From Vitrella brassicaformis CCMP3155 (taxonomy: Eukaryota > Protista > Chromerida), in the NCBI GenBank assembly GCA_001179505.1, contig CDMY01000261.1:1-64000 (forward strand): a DNA stretch of 64,000 nucleotides, read 5' to 3'. Below the pieces are notes generated by a model. That model was given only the letters and a program-made list of their open reading frames with translations. It was not told where the DNA came from and made no database searches. The translations under genes were made by a program, and so were the position numbers. This document shows, in pieces, positions 12,247-22,884 of the stretch. Position 1 is the first letter of the stretch. Each line of letters begins with the position of its first letter.

Positions 12247-14946
12247 ATGCAGGCTGCTTTCATCAGATCTGCCACCCTGAAAGGGATCGCCACTTGCAAG
12301 CTTATCTCGCAGCTGAGATCGCTTGCTTTCTCCCCCAGCATGAGTGCGTCGATGCGGGTGCCGTTGTACTCCTTCTGTCATGGGCGTCGATGCTTCGCCA
12401 GCGCCGCATCTCCTCTGTCCGCTTCATTCCCTACTCCGCCCTTGCACAAGGGCGGCCGCGTGTGGTCTGTTGAGGAGGTGGAGAGCATCTTCGGCGCCTA
12501 CAGGCGGAGTCTGCAGCGGCCACACGAGGCGATAGAGACCCTCAAGCAGCTGGGGAGGGTACATGTGCGGACGCCCATCGACGAGGTCACCGAGTACAAG
12601 CCTTTCCAAGATCTGGTGGCCAAGCTGGTGGGGCAGCTGGGCGCACTCAAGGACGGCGACCTCGACTCGCTCATCCGGTGCTTGCAGCTGCTGAGGCCCC
12701 ACCACCCTGGCGGAGGGGGGAGCTGGAGCCCTCTGGGTGATCGGCTGCTGGGCTCGTTCCATCGCATGAGTGCGCTGCAGGTGGCGGAGCTGTCTTATCT
12801 GCTGGCGGTGCCCCTCAAGGTGGACCTGGACAGATTCTTCTTCTACGCTCTCAACGCTCGAATGAACCCCCTCGTTACCGCCATCACCTCCACCTCCCCC
12901 CCGGGTGGTCATCTGCGGAGGATGATCGAGCAGCCGATGTCCGCCGACTCTCAGCCTGACGCGACTCTTCCTGTGCCCCTCATGCGGCCGTCTCTGAGCA
13001 CCGTCCCTGAGGACAAGAGCGAGGCGATGCAGTACATGCGTCAGCCGTCGAGGCTCAGCCGTCTGCTGCACTACTTCGCCCACCCGTCGATGAGGCGCAG
13101 AGTGACCTTCTTCACCAACCCCGCGCTCATCGACTTCATCCACGCCCGCCTGCCAGACATGGGGGCAGACGACCAACTGAGGCTGCTGCAGCTCTACTCG
13201 ACGCTCCCTGGCGCCGCGCAGCTGGTGGAGGGGCTGCTCAAGCACCTCACAAGCGACATCAAGTCGGTGTCTGTCCCTGGCCTCGTCAACGTGGCCGAAG
13301 GGATCGCAGTGATGGCCGGGTCGAGCCATGAGGACGAGGGCGCAACGTCGCGGGGCGAGATGGTCAAGGCCGTCACGGACCGTGTGACGGAGCTGACCAA
13401 GGCCAACCAGGTGCCCCTTGACGCGCTGGCGAGGATCACCACGACGCTCGAAGACCACGTCGACTCATTCTTCCTGGACGCCATCGCGCCCACCCTCACG
13501 CAAGGCCTCCAGAGCTCCCCCTCCCTGCCGCCCACGACCATCCTGGCCCGTCTGCTGCTGCAGTATGCAGCACTACCCGACACGGCCGTCTCGTCCGCCC
13601 TCATGAGCTCACTGGAGAAGGCGGTCACACACGGCATGCTGATCGGCGCCCTCACCAACCATGCCGACCTGTTGGCGCGACTCGCCCTGACGTTCGTGTC
13701 GGTTGCTCGTGAGGAGGAGACCTACAGTGCGGTGCGGCAGGCAGCTATGACGGCGGCCAGGAAAGGCACTTTGACGCCACGGGCCTTCTCCGAGGTGATT
13801 GTGGCGATGGCTGTGGTGGGGTACCGGCCGCACGAGCTGCTCGAGGCGTACCAGCTGGATGTCAAGGTGGCCAGGGTGCCGTTGGTGAGCATGCCGACCC
13901 TTGTGTGGGGTCTGGCGCTGATGGACGCCGAGAGAGAGGGCGTGTGGCGGGACATTTTCCGGCGGCTGGCGCAGGAGGCGGACGAGTTCGGCGAGGAGGA
14001 GCTGGCGTACCTCTACGAGGGTCTCAAGGCCGCGGCCATCATGGGCATGCTCGAAGGCACACAGGACACCAAGCAGTGGAAGTCGTTCATCGAGGGCACC
14101 TGCAGGCGGGCATGGGAGAGCGTCAGAGGCGGCCTCGCCCAGCAACAGCAGCAGCAGCAGGACCATCGGTCCCCCCCCACTAGCCCGCCGTACGCCGACA
14201 TGCTGACCCACCTGAAGCTGCACTACCAGACGGACGTGCCTTGCGCCAACGGTCTGTACCTGAAGCCCTTCGTGCTGGACGAGTCGCGTGTGGTCATCGA
14301 CCCGACTCCCAACAGCCCCTACCACCTGGTCAGCAAGAACGTCCTGGGCGAGATTGCCATGCGCCACCGGGTGTGGAAGGTCCAGGGCTACAACCCACTG
14401 CTGGTCGTCAACACGCTCTTCGACGCATACGCACCGACTGCGGCACCGACAACAGAGGCAGAGGGCGCAGAGGCTGAGGGTGAGGGTGAGGGGCGCGAGG
14501 AGTGGGACGTGGCGGGTGCGGCCAAGAAGCTCAAGGTGCTGGTGGACAAACATGTCGAGAAGATCAGACGGCACGCTGAGGGGCAGCAGAGGCAGCAACA
14601 GAGGCAGCAGAGAGAGGTGAAGAAGGTGGAGCAGGGCGACAAGGGAGAAGAAGCTCGTGGGGACGAGGAGGTCGTCAGGCGGCCACAGCAGCAGCAACAG
14701 ACGCGGCAGCAGCAGAGGCAACAGCCCCAGACGCGTGCACAGCAGCAGAGGCAATTCCAGCAGCAAAGGCCGTATCAACAGCAGAGGCCACAGCAGCAAC
14801 AGAGGCCACATCAGCAGCAGAGGCCATATCAGCAGCAGAGGAGGCAACAGCCTATGGCTGACGACAGGAGAGCGGTGGCAAGCAGGCCATTTGACAGGCG
14901 ACAAGGGCCGCGGAGGGACATGGTGGAACGGGATGTTGTTGAATGA
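12247..14946 (+). CDS. Single-exon helical-repeat protein with putative RAP domain and Gln-rich tail (899 aa ORF; true start could be a downstream Met)
   Basis: Long uninterrupted ORF; Arg/Ser-rich targeting-like N-terminus (GRRCFASAAS); alpha-helical repeats; C-terminal YADMLTHLKLHYQTDV..FVL..RVVID..AMRHRVWKVQGYNPLLV resembles a RAP domain. Confidence 0.8.
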   Translation: MQAAFIRSATLKGIATCKLISQLRSLAFSPSMSASMRVPLYSFCHGRRCFASAASPLSASFPTPPLHKGGRVWSVEEVESIFGAYRRSLQRPHEAIETLKQLGRVHVRTPIDEVTEYKPFQDLVAKLVGQLGALKDGDLDSLIRCLQLLRPHHPGGGGSWSPLGDRLLGSFHRMSALQVAELSYLLAVPLKVDLDRFFFYALNARMNPLVTAITSTSPPGGHLRRMIEQPMSADSQPDATLPVPLMRPSLSTVPEDKSEAMQYMRQPSRLSRLLHYFAHPSMRRRVTFFTNPALIDFIHARLPDMGADDQLRLLQLYSTLPGAAQLVEGLLKHLTSDIKSVSVPGLVNVAEGIAVMAGSSHEDEGATSRGEMVKAVTDRVTELTKANQVPLDALARITTTLEDHVDSFFLDAIAPTLTQGLQSSPSLPPTTILARLLLQYAALPDTAVSSALMSSLEKAVTHGMLIGALTNHADLLARLALTFVSVAREEETYSAVRQAAMTAARKGTLTPRAFSEVIVAMAVVGYRPHELLEAYQLDVKVARVPLVSMPTLVWGLALMDAEREGVWRDIFRRLAQEADEFGEEELAYLYEGLKAAAIMGMLEGTQDTKQWKSFIEGTCRRAWESVRGGLAQQQQQQQDHRSPPTSPPYADMLTHLKLHYQTDVPCANGLYLKPFVLDESRVVIDPTPNSPYHLVSKNVLGEIAMRHRVWKVQGYNPLLVVNTLFDAYAPTAAPTTEAEGAEAEGEGEGREEWDVAGAAKKLKVLVDKHVEKIRRHAEGQQRQQQRQQREVKKVEQGDKGEEARGDEEVVRRPQQQQQTRQQQRQQPQTRAQQQRQFQQQRPYQQQRPQQQQRPHQQQRPYQQQRRQQPMADDRRAVASRPFDRRQGPRRDMVERDVVE
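14690..14852 (+). repeat. Coding minisatellite encoding (QQRPx QQ)n
   Basis: Imperfect ~18-nt units such as CAGCAGAGGCCACAGCAG / CAGCAGAGGCCATATCAG. Confidence 0.8.
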
Positions 14947-15204
14947 TTGGCTGGCTACATGGTGTGTGCGTGAGTTTTGCTTCTCGTGGCACGTGAGGGG
15001 AGAGGGGGTGGGGTGTGTGTGTGCATTCCGTCGGTACGGCTGAGTGACCAGCCAAAGCCGACAGACGACAGGCAGACAGACGGTGAATGGATGGGCGTGG
15101 GGTGTCTGTGCGAGCGAACACACCTGACCAATCGATGCACTAATGAATGGCTCATGTATGGCTCAGGTCGTCAGTCAGTCACACCACAAACAAATCCACA
15201 CTGC

Positions 15205-16502
15205 CTAACAGATGCACGACTTCCTTCGCCTGTGCTTCCTTCGCACAGGCGTCACCACACCCCCACCCGCACTCACAGGGTCGCCATCCACACGACGCTT
15301 TGGCGCCTGAACGTCCACCCACTCAGCAGCGGCCCGGCCCGCAGCAGTGTGTCCCCCACGTGAGGCACCTCTCCTTGGTGAGGCCAGCGCCCGGCGTGGG
15401 CTTGCCTTGTCTGCTGTTGGTTGGTGTCTGCAGACATGCGCAGCGGAGGGTGTGGACATGGGCACCGGTGGTCTGCATGTCACGTCATACAGACAGACAC
15501 ACGAGAAGCTCTCTCTGTTTGCAGACAAACACGAAGCAGCCACCCACGGCCTGTGTTGGCATCAGCGTACCTGGCGTGTCTCTCCTGATGCTGCTGCTGC
15601 CGCAGCTGGTGCGCCTCATTGACCTTCACCATGGCCTTGTCCGAGTCCATCGACGCCCCCCGCCCCACTGGAACGCAACACACGCTGCCACGTGTCTCCC
15701 TCTCCCGATGCCAAGCGCAGCACGTCTTGTCCACCTTCCTTGCCGCCTCCAGCGCGGCTGTGGGTGCCAGGCTGTGAGGTCCTCCAGGAGCGACGCGCCT
15801 GGGGCTGCTGCTTGGTGAGTCTCTCCGTCTTCTTGGCGATGGAGGTCTTGGCACCGACACTCCCTGCGGGCCAAACTCACTGCGGACAGAGACGAATGTC
15901 ATGTTGCCATGTTTCTGTTGCATGCCTTAATGTGCATACGTACTTGATTGCCTCTTGGAATCTGTCAGCCACGACGATCGGGCCCAGGTGAGGGTCGACG
16001 AGGAAGTAGCCTCTCCCCCCTGTCTCAGGCGCCCTGAAGATTCGCCGGTCTGTATTGTGGAGAATGTGCCGACACAATGGACGAAACTCCTCCAGAGATG
16101 AAACTGCAACACAACAGATCCGGGGGCGTGGCTCTGGCGCGTTTGCTTTCTTCGCTGCCCCATCTCACCGTTTCTCTGCTCCCGTGCAAGCACTTCTCTC
16201 AGCAGGTCGACGTCTCTCCTTCTCGATGGCACGGCCCTTTTCCTCTTCTTCCCCCTCCCCCTCCCCGTGGGGCCCCTCCTCATCGCACGCCTATGATGCG
16301 GCACATCAGCGGGAGGGCGGAAGTAGCGGTCGGGATTCGCTACCCACCCTTCCGCATTGCATCCCCGTGGCTCTCTGCGTCTCGATGCTGCCGTGGCCGG
16401 CGGTGGTTGCGGTGCGGATGCTTCTCTGTGCTTGGTCCTCAGGGGTGGTGGCTGCGGCGGGGCTTCTCTCAGCAGCAAGGGCCGCCTCCCAATGGCATAC
16501 AT
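15205..16502 (-). CDS. Hypothetical Arg/Pro-rich protein, about 4-5 exons
   Basis: In-phase splicing joins ..LTDSKRQS R|ESVGAKTSIAKKTERLTK..GKE V|GRGASMDSDKAMVKVNEAHQLRQQQHQERHAR|RPPVP..; no recognisable domain. Confidence 0.5.
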
Positions 16503-16549
16503 AGAGTCATACTGCAGGCTCGTCCCTGGCTTACCCAGATGCCGCTGAT

Positions 16550-16888
16550 AGCCGCTGAACCACCATGCGTTGCGGTTAGTTGGGGGCGAAGTGGGGGCGA
16601 GTCTTCATTCATTCATTCATTCATTCATCAAGCGTCTCCTATGAACGCATGAAAATGCATCCATGGAAACGGTCTAGCAGCCCTGCAAAAACGAGGCAGA
16701 GACCAGGGCGGCGAGTCCGGCTCACCGAGGTTTCCCTTGGCTACCCCTGGGTTTCGGAGAAAAAATGCCAGTCCGTTTTCACCCCGATGGCGCGGGGCTG
16801 CCCTGCTTGTATATGTCCCCCGGGCGAGGGGACAGCCGCTGAACCACCATGCGTTGCGGTTAGTTGGGGGCGAAGTGGGGGCGAGTCT
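16550..16888. mobile_element. 229-bp insert flanked by exact 55-bp direct repeats (16550-16604, 16834-16888), with a (TTCA)n tract abutting the left repeat; candidate truncated retroposon/SINE
   Basis: Both copies read AGCCGCTGAACCACCATGCGTTGCGGTTAGTTGGGGGCGAAGTGGGGGCGAGTCT; TCATTCATTCATTCATTCATTCAT follows the left copy. Confidence 0.55.
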
Positions 16889-17077
16889 CCGAGTCGGAGT
16901 TGGTGAACTTCTTCAGTTGAAGAAGGACGATGTCCATCAGCGGCACTATGCTGCAGGCTGCCCAAGGAAGCCCTCGGTGAGCCCATCCGACCTGCACTGT
17001 CGCCGCCGCCTTTGTTGAGATTGTCTCACTCACCAGAGGCGTCCATCTATCCGCTACATTCATTCATCCTTGCTGCA

Positions 17078-17942
17078 ATGATGCAGATCATCCCGATTCG
17101 CTGCTTTGGCTTCCTCTGTCTGGTCTCTCCAGTTCTAGGGGCGCATTTTCGTGCTGCCCGCCATCCAGCGAATGCGTCCATTCTTGAGGTGAAAGGGAGG
17201 AGAGCTGATGCCAGTGGTGTGGCTGTGGAGTGGACAAAGGGCAATCTGACAATTCAGGTGCGTCACATGCTGGTCATGCACATCAAAATACCCGCATTCA
17301 TGAATTCAGTTTGTTGTTTTGCGCCTGCCTCAAGTCGAAGACATTCATCCCGCCCACCGAATTTCTGAAGTCGATGTCTCCCCACCCTCCTGCCGTTGTT
17401 GCAAACACAGAGGTCCTGGTCTCTCGGAGCAACAATCCTCTCTGCGCCATCCCCGGCCCATCATCGCCGATCAACAGCACATATTACGTGGATAACTACC
17501 CGTGCTGGTTCTGGTTTGAGGAGCTTCCGTCAGATGTGCCTCACCCCTTCCCACAAGGGCAGCTGGCGTCTCAGGAGAGCGTGCGGGCGCCGGTGTACGA
17601 TTGTATTGTCTTCGGCGCTGGGCTGGCGCTGGCGTATAACTCACCTGTGGGGCGGTGCGAATATGTGAGACATACAGACAGACATACAGACACAGTGATA
17701 CAAAGAGAGAGGCAAGACGGAGAGAGAGAGCCAGCAAGCTGGATAGATGGTCTGTGTTTGCCTTTGCGTCTGTGCAGACCATCCAGAGAGACAAGAGCGA
17801 GCAGTATTGTTCACACGGCACTGGTGTCGCCCACCCATGTCACGTTATCGTAGCCCACGCACCGTTGAAGACCGTGCCCAACAGCCCACCTTTCTCTCAC
17901 CTGGCAGAGAGACCCCTCCGACCTCCGAAGCCGCCATGCTAG
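17078..17942 (+). CDS. Hypothetical secreted Cys-containing protein
   Basis: MMQIIPIRCFGFLCLVSPVLGA signal-peptide-like start; later exons ..YYVDNYPCWFWFEE..YDCIVFGAGLALAYNSPVGRCEY|TIQRDKSEQYCSHG..; phase of first intron not resolved. Confidence 0.45.
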
Positions 17943-18163
17943 CCGCGAATGCACTGCATGGATTGATGGGCTGACGCTGGTCCGATCTATGTGCAGACAG
18001 CAGAGGTGTGTCGCTGGTGTGTGACGTCGATAGGTCCATTGACTGAGTCGCAATGACGTCGTGATGTCTTGATGTCTAGTAGTCAATAGGTCTGTTGACT
18101 GTACACTTAACCTCGCTTGACACGCACGAGCGAATGTCGTCTCACGCACTTCAGCCTGCTTTG

Positions 18164-19078
18164 TCAACTCCCATCCATCAGCCCCAGCTTCTGCGCCACT
18201 GCTCGCCCCAGATTACCCACGGCGGGACCGCCGCAGAAATAGACAAGCGGCAGCCACACCGGGACACCCAGCACATCTGGACGGCTGTAGGCGTACAGGT
18301 CTGTCCAGTTGACGAGGCCCACCTCAATCAACGGCCCTCCTGCTGCTGTGGCAAATGACATGACCAGCCCTGCCGGCGTGGCCTCAAAGACAGCCCTGCA
18401 CACAAACCACAGAAACGCACACACGACAAGCACTGTGGACCATAGCTATGTGGACAGCACAACGTGGTCTCACCACGATAGGGCAGCAAGGGGAGTCAGC
18501 AGAGCCGCCTCAACAGCAGAATCAACGCCGTAGTAACTCAGTACACCACTCACCAGATAAACAGCCGCAAACCACACTATACCGAGCAAGACGTTGCCAA
18601 CCACCGCCGACCGAGTCCGTTGGGCTGCGGGCGTCTTGAAGAGCCACCTGTCGAGCAAGGGAAGCCCTGTGCCGATGATGACGCCGGCCAGGGCGAACAA
18701 AGGCGGTACCCATCTCGCTGACGAGAGGCCGAAAAACGATAGATCCGCTGGAGTGTAATGCAAGACCTCATACCGGCCATGGCACAAGGCATCCGACAGC
18801 GACCCGAGCAAGGCGCCAGCACTCGCCATTGCAGTGAATTGAAGCATCCATGCGGGCAGCTGCTTGGAGAGCTTCACGACTGATGAGGGATCTCCACCAT
18901 CGTCAGCAGCATCGGCCGAACCTGCTCGGTGCATAGAGATGATCTGCCGCCCATGCCGCGGCCTCGCAGGCCGATTGAGGCGACGAGGCGCAGTGGGATG
19001 AGGGAAGGGGCTGCAGGAGGGGGAGAACGAACATGGGGGCGGCAGTGGTGAAGCCGTTGAGCAGCCTGCCAGCGCCAT
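18164..19078 (-). CDS. INSIG-like multi-pass membrane protein (plant/cyanobacterial type), 2 exons
   Basis: GALLGSLSDALCHG..WVPPLFALAGVIIG..LVMSFATAAGGPLIEVGLV..LYAYSRPDVLGVPVWLPLVYFCGGPAVGNLGR matches motifs of the plant/cyanobacterial 'INSIG domain' proteins; phase-2 intron TG|GTGAGA..CAG|G restores Trp. Confidence 0.75.
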
Positions 19079-19109
19079 TGATGCCCTGAATGCACGTCGA
19101 TCGGTGCCA

Positions 19110-19117
19110 AGCTCGCA
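19110..19117 (-). promoter_or_regulatory. TGCGAGCT motif in divergent promoter (19078/19208)
   Basis: AGCTCGCA on + strand. Confidence 0.5.
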
Positions 19118-19207
19118 AGGGGCGATCGAATGTTGTGGCGGCAAAGCGGAAACAAAGCGGCTTTCCGAAAGCTTTTGACCGTCAGAAAGTCTTCACTGGA
19201 CAGTACC

Positions 19208-20106
19208 ATGGTGTCATTTCTCAATTCCAAGGGGTCATCCTTCGACCACGGCGACCCTGTCGGGTGGCTCTCTAAAGAGCGCGATGACGACGGCCCTGAC
19301 GATGGCCAATGTCCGGTCTCCCCGTCGCTCTCGGCGAAGACTGACCCTGTGGACTGGCTGATGGAGGAGAAGGAGGGAGGGAATTCGTCGGACGAGTCGG
19401 CAGAGTCGTTTGACATCGGAGACGATAAGGGCATCGAGGTGGTGCGGATGAGCCTCGTGCAGGTGGTGCTGGGGTGGCTGGGCTTCTTCGGGAGCTTCCT
19501 TCACCCTCTGCTGTGGTTCGTGCCGTTCCTGCCGAAAGGTAAGACACCTAGTGCCACTCAGGCGGAGGGAGATGGCAAGGAAACCGTCCGCTCGCGTGCT
19601 GTGTGTGGCGATGTGATGCAGGTGGCCGTCGGTCTCGTGAGTTGATGACCAAGTCCGAGATTCGCCGTTTCTACAAGGACAAGAAGAAGTGGGAGAAGCG
19701 CATGGCCCGTGCCATGAAGGAGGCACAGGCACTCAAGGAGATGGAAGAAGCGAATAGAGCCCGAAAGGCCTTCAGCACCACATCCACAGCCGCATCCCTC
19801 AGCTGCTCGCAGTCGTCATCGTCTGCTCAGCTCATCCTGCCCACCTCCATCAAGAACTACTACCTGACCGACCACCACGACTGCGGGTCGCCGAGCAACG
19901 CCAGCGCCACCACGGCAGCCACGCCGGTGCACCGACCCAAGACACAGGGGGGCAAGGGCAAGGGACACCAGGGGTCCGACAACGGTGGGGCGGAGAGGAA
20001 GGAGGCCAAGACCATCAAGCCGTCGCTGTCGCCCATCATGGCCTACCAGGAGAACCAGAAGAACCGCAAGGCCAACGCCAAGAAGCGGCGCAAGAACCGA
20101 CACTAG
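19208..20106 (+). CDS. Hypothetical protein with one TM segment and basic coiled-coil tail, 2 exons
   Basis: MVSFLNSKG..VQVVLGWLGFFGSFLHPLLWFVPFLPK G|GGRRSRELMTKSEIRRFYKDKKKWEKRMARAMKE..KKRRKNRH*; canonical phase-1 intron. Confidence 0.65.
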
Positions 20107-21813
20107 CTGACCACACCACACGAGACACGCCAGAGAGGGGGAGCGAGAGGGAGGGAAATGATAGGGGGATGTGAGGTCAACCGACAAGCGATGGCAGAGG
20201 CTAGCTGGCTGGCGGCTGTTGGGCTGCTGGCCTGGTCACCCTCTCCCCTCAGAGTCTTCACCTCTACCTATCCTGTCTGATGTGATTGTGGCTGCGGATG
20301 GATGAACATGCGTACGTGCGGTAAGTACAAGCATGCGGGCGTCTGGCCGACTGACTGACTGACTGACTCACTGCATGGGCTGTCCGTCAGTCAGTCAGTC
20401 AGCGAAACGACGTTTTTAAGTTGCCGATTCTGGTTGCATGTATGTGAATATCGCTGGCTGGCTGGGTGGACTGCATTTGCATTGCATTTGGTGTCGATTA
20501 GACTGGATGAATTGAATGTTTGCCTGTCTGCCCCTACGCCTGCCCTGCCTTAATTGCCCGTGTGTGCGATCTGATTGATGCATTTGCAAATGGCTGGCTG
20601 GCTCGTCCGACTCACACCGATAGATATGATATTTGTGAGGCGCGAGCAACCTATGTACTCTCTTGTCTTCCTCTGCACACACGCCCGGGTGCTGGGATGG
20701 ATGGATGGATGTGCTGCCAAGTGTCTGTGTGTGGACGGACGTGACAATTGCGATGATCATAACATAAATGCCACTTCACTCACCAAAGGCCAGCCACAAA
20801 TGGGAACACACATCAAACACATGTCTGCCATCCACCCACCCATCCAGCCAAGGACCTATCATTGCCTGCCTATCGAAGCCGAAACATCCATCTACTAGAC
20901 TCTCACTCACGATCGAAAGTCTCCGGCCGGCAGGGTTCGAGTGTGTCACTCGTTGTGTTCCTCCACTTGTTCCAGACTCGAAGGTTGGTGTTGCCGCATA
21001 GTTAGCTCACCGTCACCTAATGACACAGACCAACACACGACACAGACCAACACACAACAAGGCATGCACGCACACACACACACACAAGGCACGACATGTT
21101 TGTGCTGCCATGTCCGTCAGCGGCTGTGTGACACAGACAGAGACAGGCGAAGAGAGAGAGAGAGAGAGAGAGAGCCGTGTGAGTGGGTGTGAGTGATCGG
21201 TTTTCGGTCATGTCTCTGCGACGAGATGGGTCTGTGACGAGGGTGTGCGGGTGTGATGGTTTCCTGATGGCTGCCACATCGTGCTTTTGACGCAAGCATC
21301 GTCCATCATGCATACCATGCACAGCACGCGGGTTCAAAGGATCACACTGATATAAAATGCAGGCAACGATCTGCGCCCAGCGGCGCCCTCTCAATATGTA
21401 TTGGGTCGTGGTGTCTTTCGTGTACACGGCCGCTCCGCTGCCCTCCGATACTTCACGCTGAGCCATTCTCGCTCAAAGCCCCCTCAAACCTGCAATGGTG
21501 CACGCGAACAGAAGATGAAACAGTCACTCAAGCCCGCGGCTCCCCATATTTCATCGTACCTTTGCGATGGGTATTGACGGCCGCCTCAAGCCACCGCTTT
21601 ACCTACTCGAGAGGAGGCCGTTAGCAATGCAACACAAAGCCGTGACCCTGGCCGCCCACTGCATCCCAGCTGCGGCCGTGGCTGTCCTCGTGCTGCACAT
21701 ATGGGGGAAGCCTCCCATCGTACCGGCATGGTCGATGGGCCTCTGCTGCTGCTGCTGGTGTCGCGACACACCACGCGTCGTGTTCTGGGGTCCGAGTGCC
21801 GTCTGTGTGCTCA

Positions 21814-22807
21814 TTATGCTGCACTGGATGCCTCGGACAGGCCGCCACCTGATCCGTTGTCCTGACCATTGTAGCTGTTGTGGGTGTCCGGTGGCGGTAG
21901 GTAGCGTCCCGCCGAACTGGCCATCGATATCGCCTCCACCTGCACGCCGGCATGGTCGATGGGCCTCTGCTGCTGCTGCTGGTGGTGTCGCGTGGGAGCG
22001 CGGTAGGCGGGGCGAGAGGCGTAGTTGTGGTGATGACAGCGAGGCTCCTGGGGCCTCAAATACGGGTAGGCGTGGGCATAGATGTCGACGTATCGGTTGC
22101 TGCCCTGATAGTGTGTGCGGTTGACGTAGACGGGGAATCCCATTGGAATCGGTTTTGGAGTAGAGGGAAACGTATGGAAAAACCTTTCCTTCGGTTTGTA
22201 CCCCTGGACGCGTCCGATGAGTGAGGAAGCATACTGCCAGCCGCTGCGGGCCCTCCTCTCTGCTTGCAATGCTCATCATTCCCCCTCCGAGTCCCTCCGA
22301 CGCTTCAGTTCTTCAACTGACTCTGCACTGAGGCCACCACACAGAACAGGGGACTTACCGCAAGCGCAGGCACGTGGATGGCGGTGCTTTACCTTCTTGA
22401 CGGCGAGTCTGGTGTTGGGAGCTGCCGCCATGGCCACCACCCATTCGGACGTTCCTGCAATCTACACACAACACACACACGGACACTCTCTGATCAGTAC
22501 ACGGCAGCAGTTTTTATTTCGTCAGTCCATCACGTCTCAGCCATCCATTCCCACTCAGATCATCAGATGCAGCATGCACCAGGCCGGCCAGGCCTCTCTC
22601 CGGATGCTCACCTTCTCCCTCACGGTGAAAATGATGTGTGTTTGTCCAGGTGGGCCGTCCTGAACTCTGGCTCAAAGTTAGAGCAGAAGATGGCGGCAGA
22701 GTAGAGGTTCTGTTTTCATCCTGCAAAACCGTTGCGTCTCGGATGCGAATTCTCGCCGCGTGAAAAACCCTGCGCACACCCGAAACTGGTGATTTGAACC
22801 CCCTCAT
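21814..22807 (-). CDS. Hypothetical low-complexity protein, 3 exons; paralogous in part to the 40.0-41.0 kb gene
   Basis: In-phase splicing ..HREGE G|TSEWVVAMAAAPNTRLAVKK|GYKPKERF..YAHAYPYLRPQEP..RHHQQQQQRPIDHAGVQVE..RYLPPPDTHNSYNGQDNGSGG..*. Confidence 0.5.
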
Positions 22808-22884
22808 CGCCTTTCATCTCTCCGCGTGTGCCGCGTCCCTGTGGTTGCAGTACGTGGCGAGCATGATCTAAAGGCCGGCCATCC

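Noticed and set aside
16550-16888. Direct repeats here and at 53.7-54.0 kb as a CRISPR array
   Set aside because: Only two units each, spacers far too long, eukaryotic context, no cas genes.
20110-21560. Possible gene in this interval
   Set aside because: No coherent exon chain or protein-like frame; mostly microsatellites.
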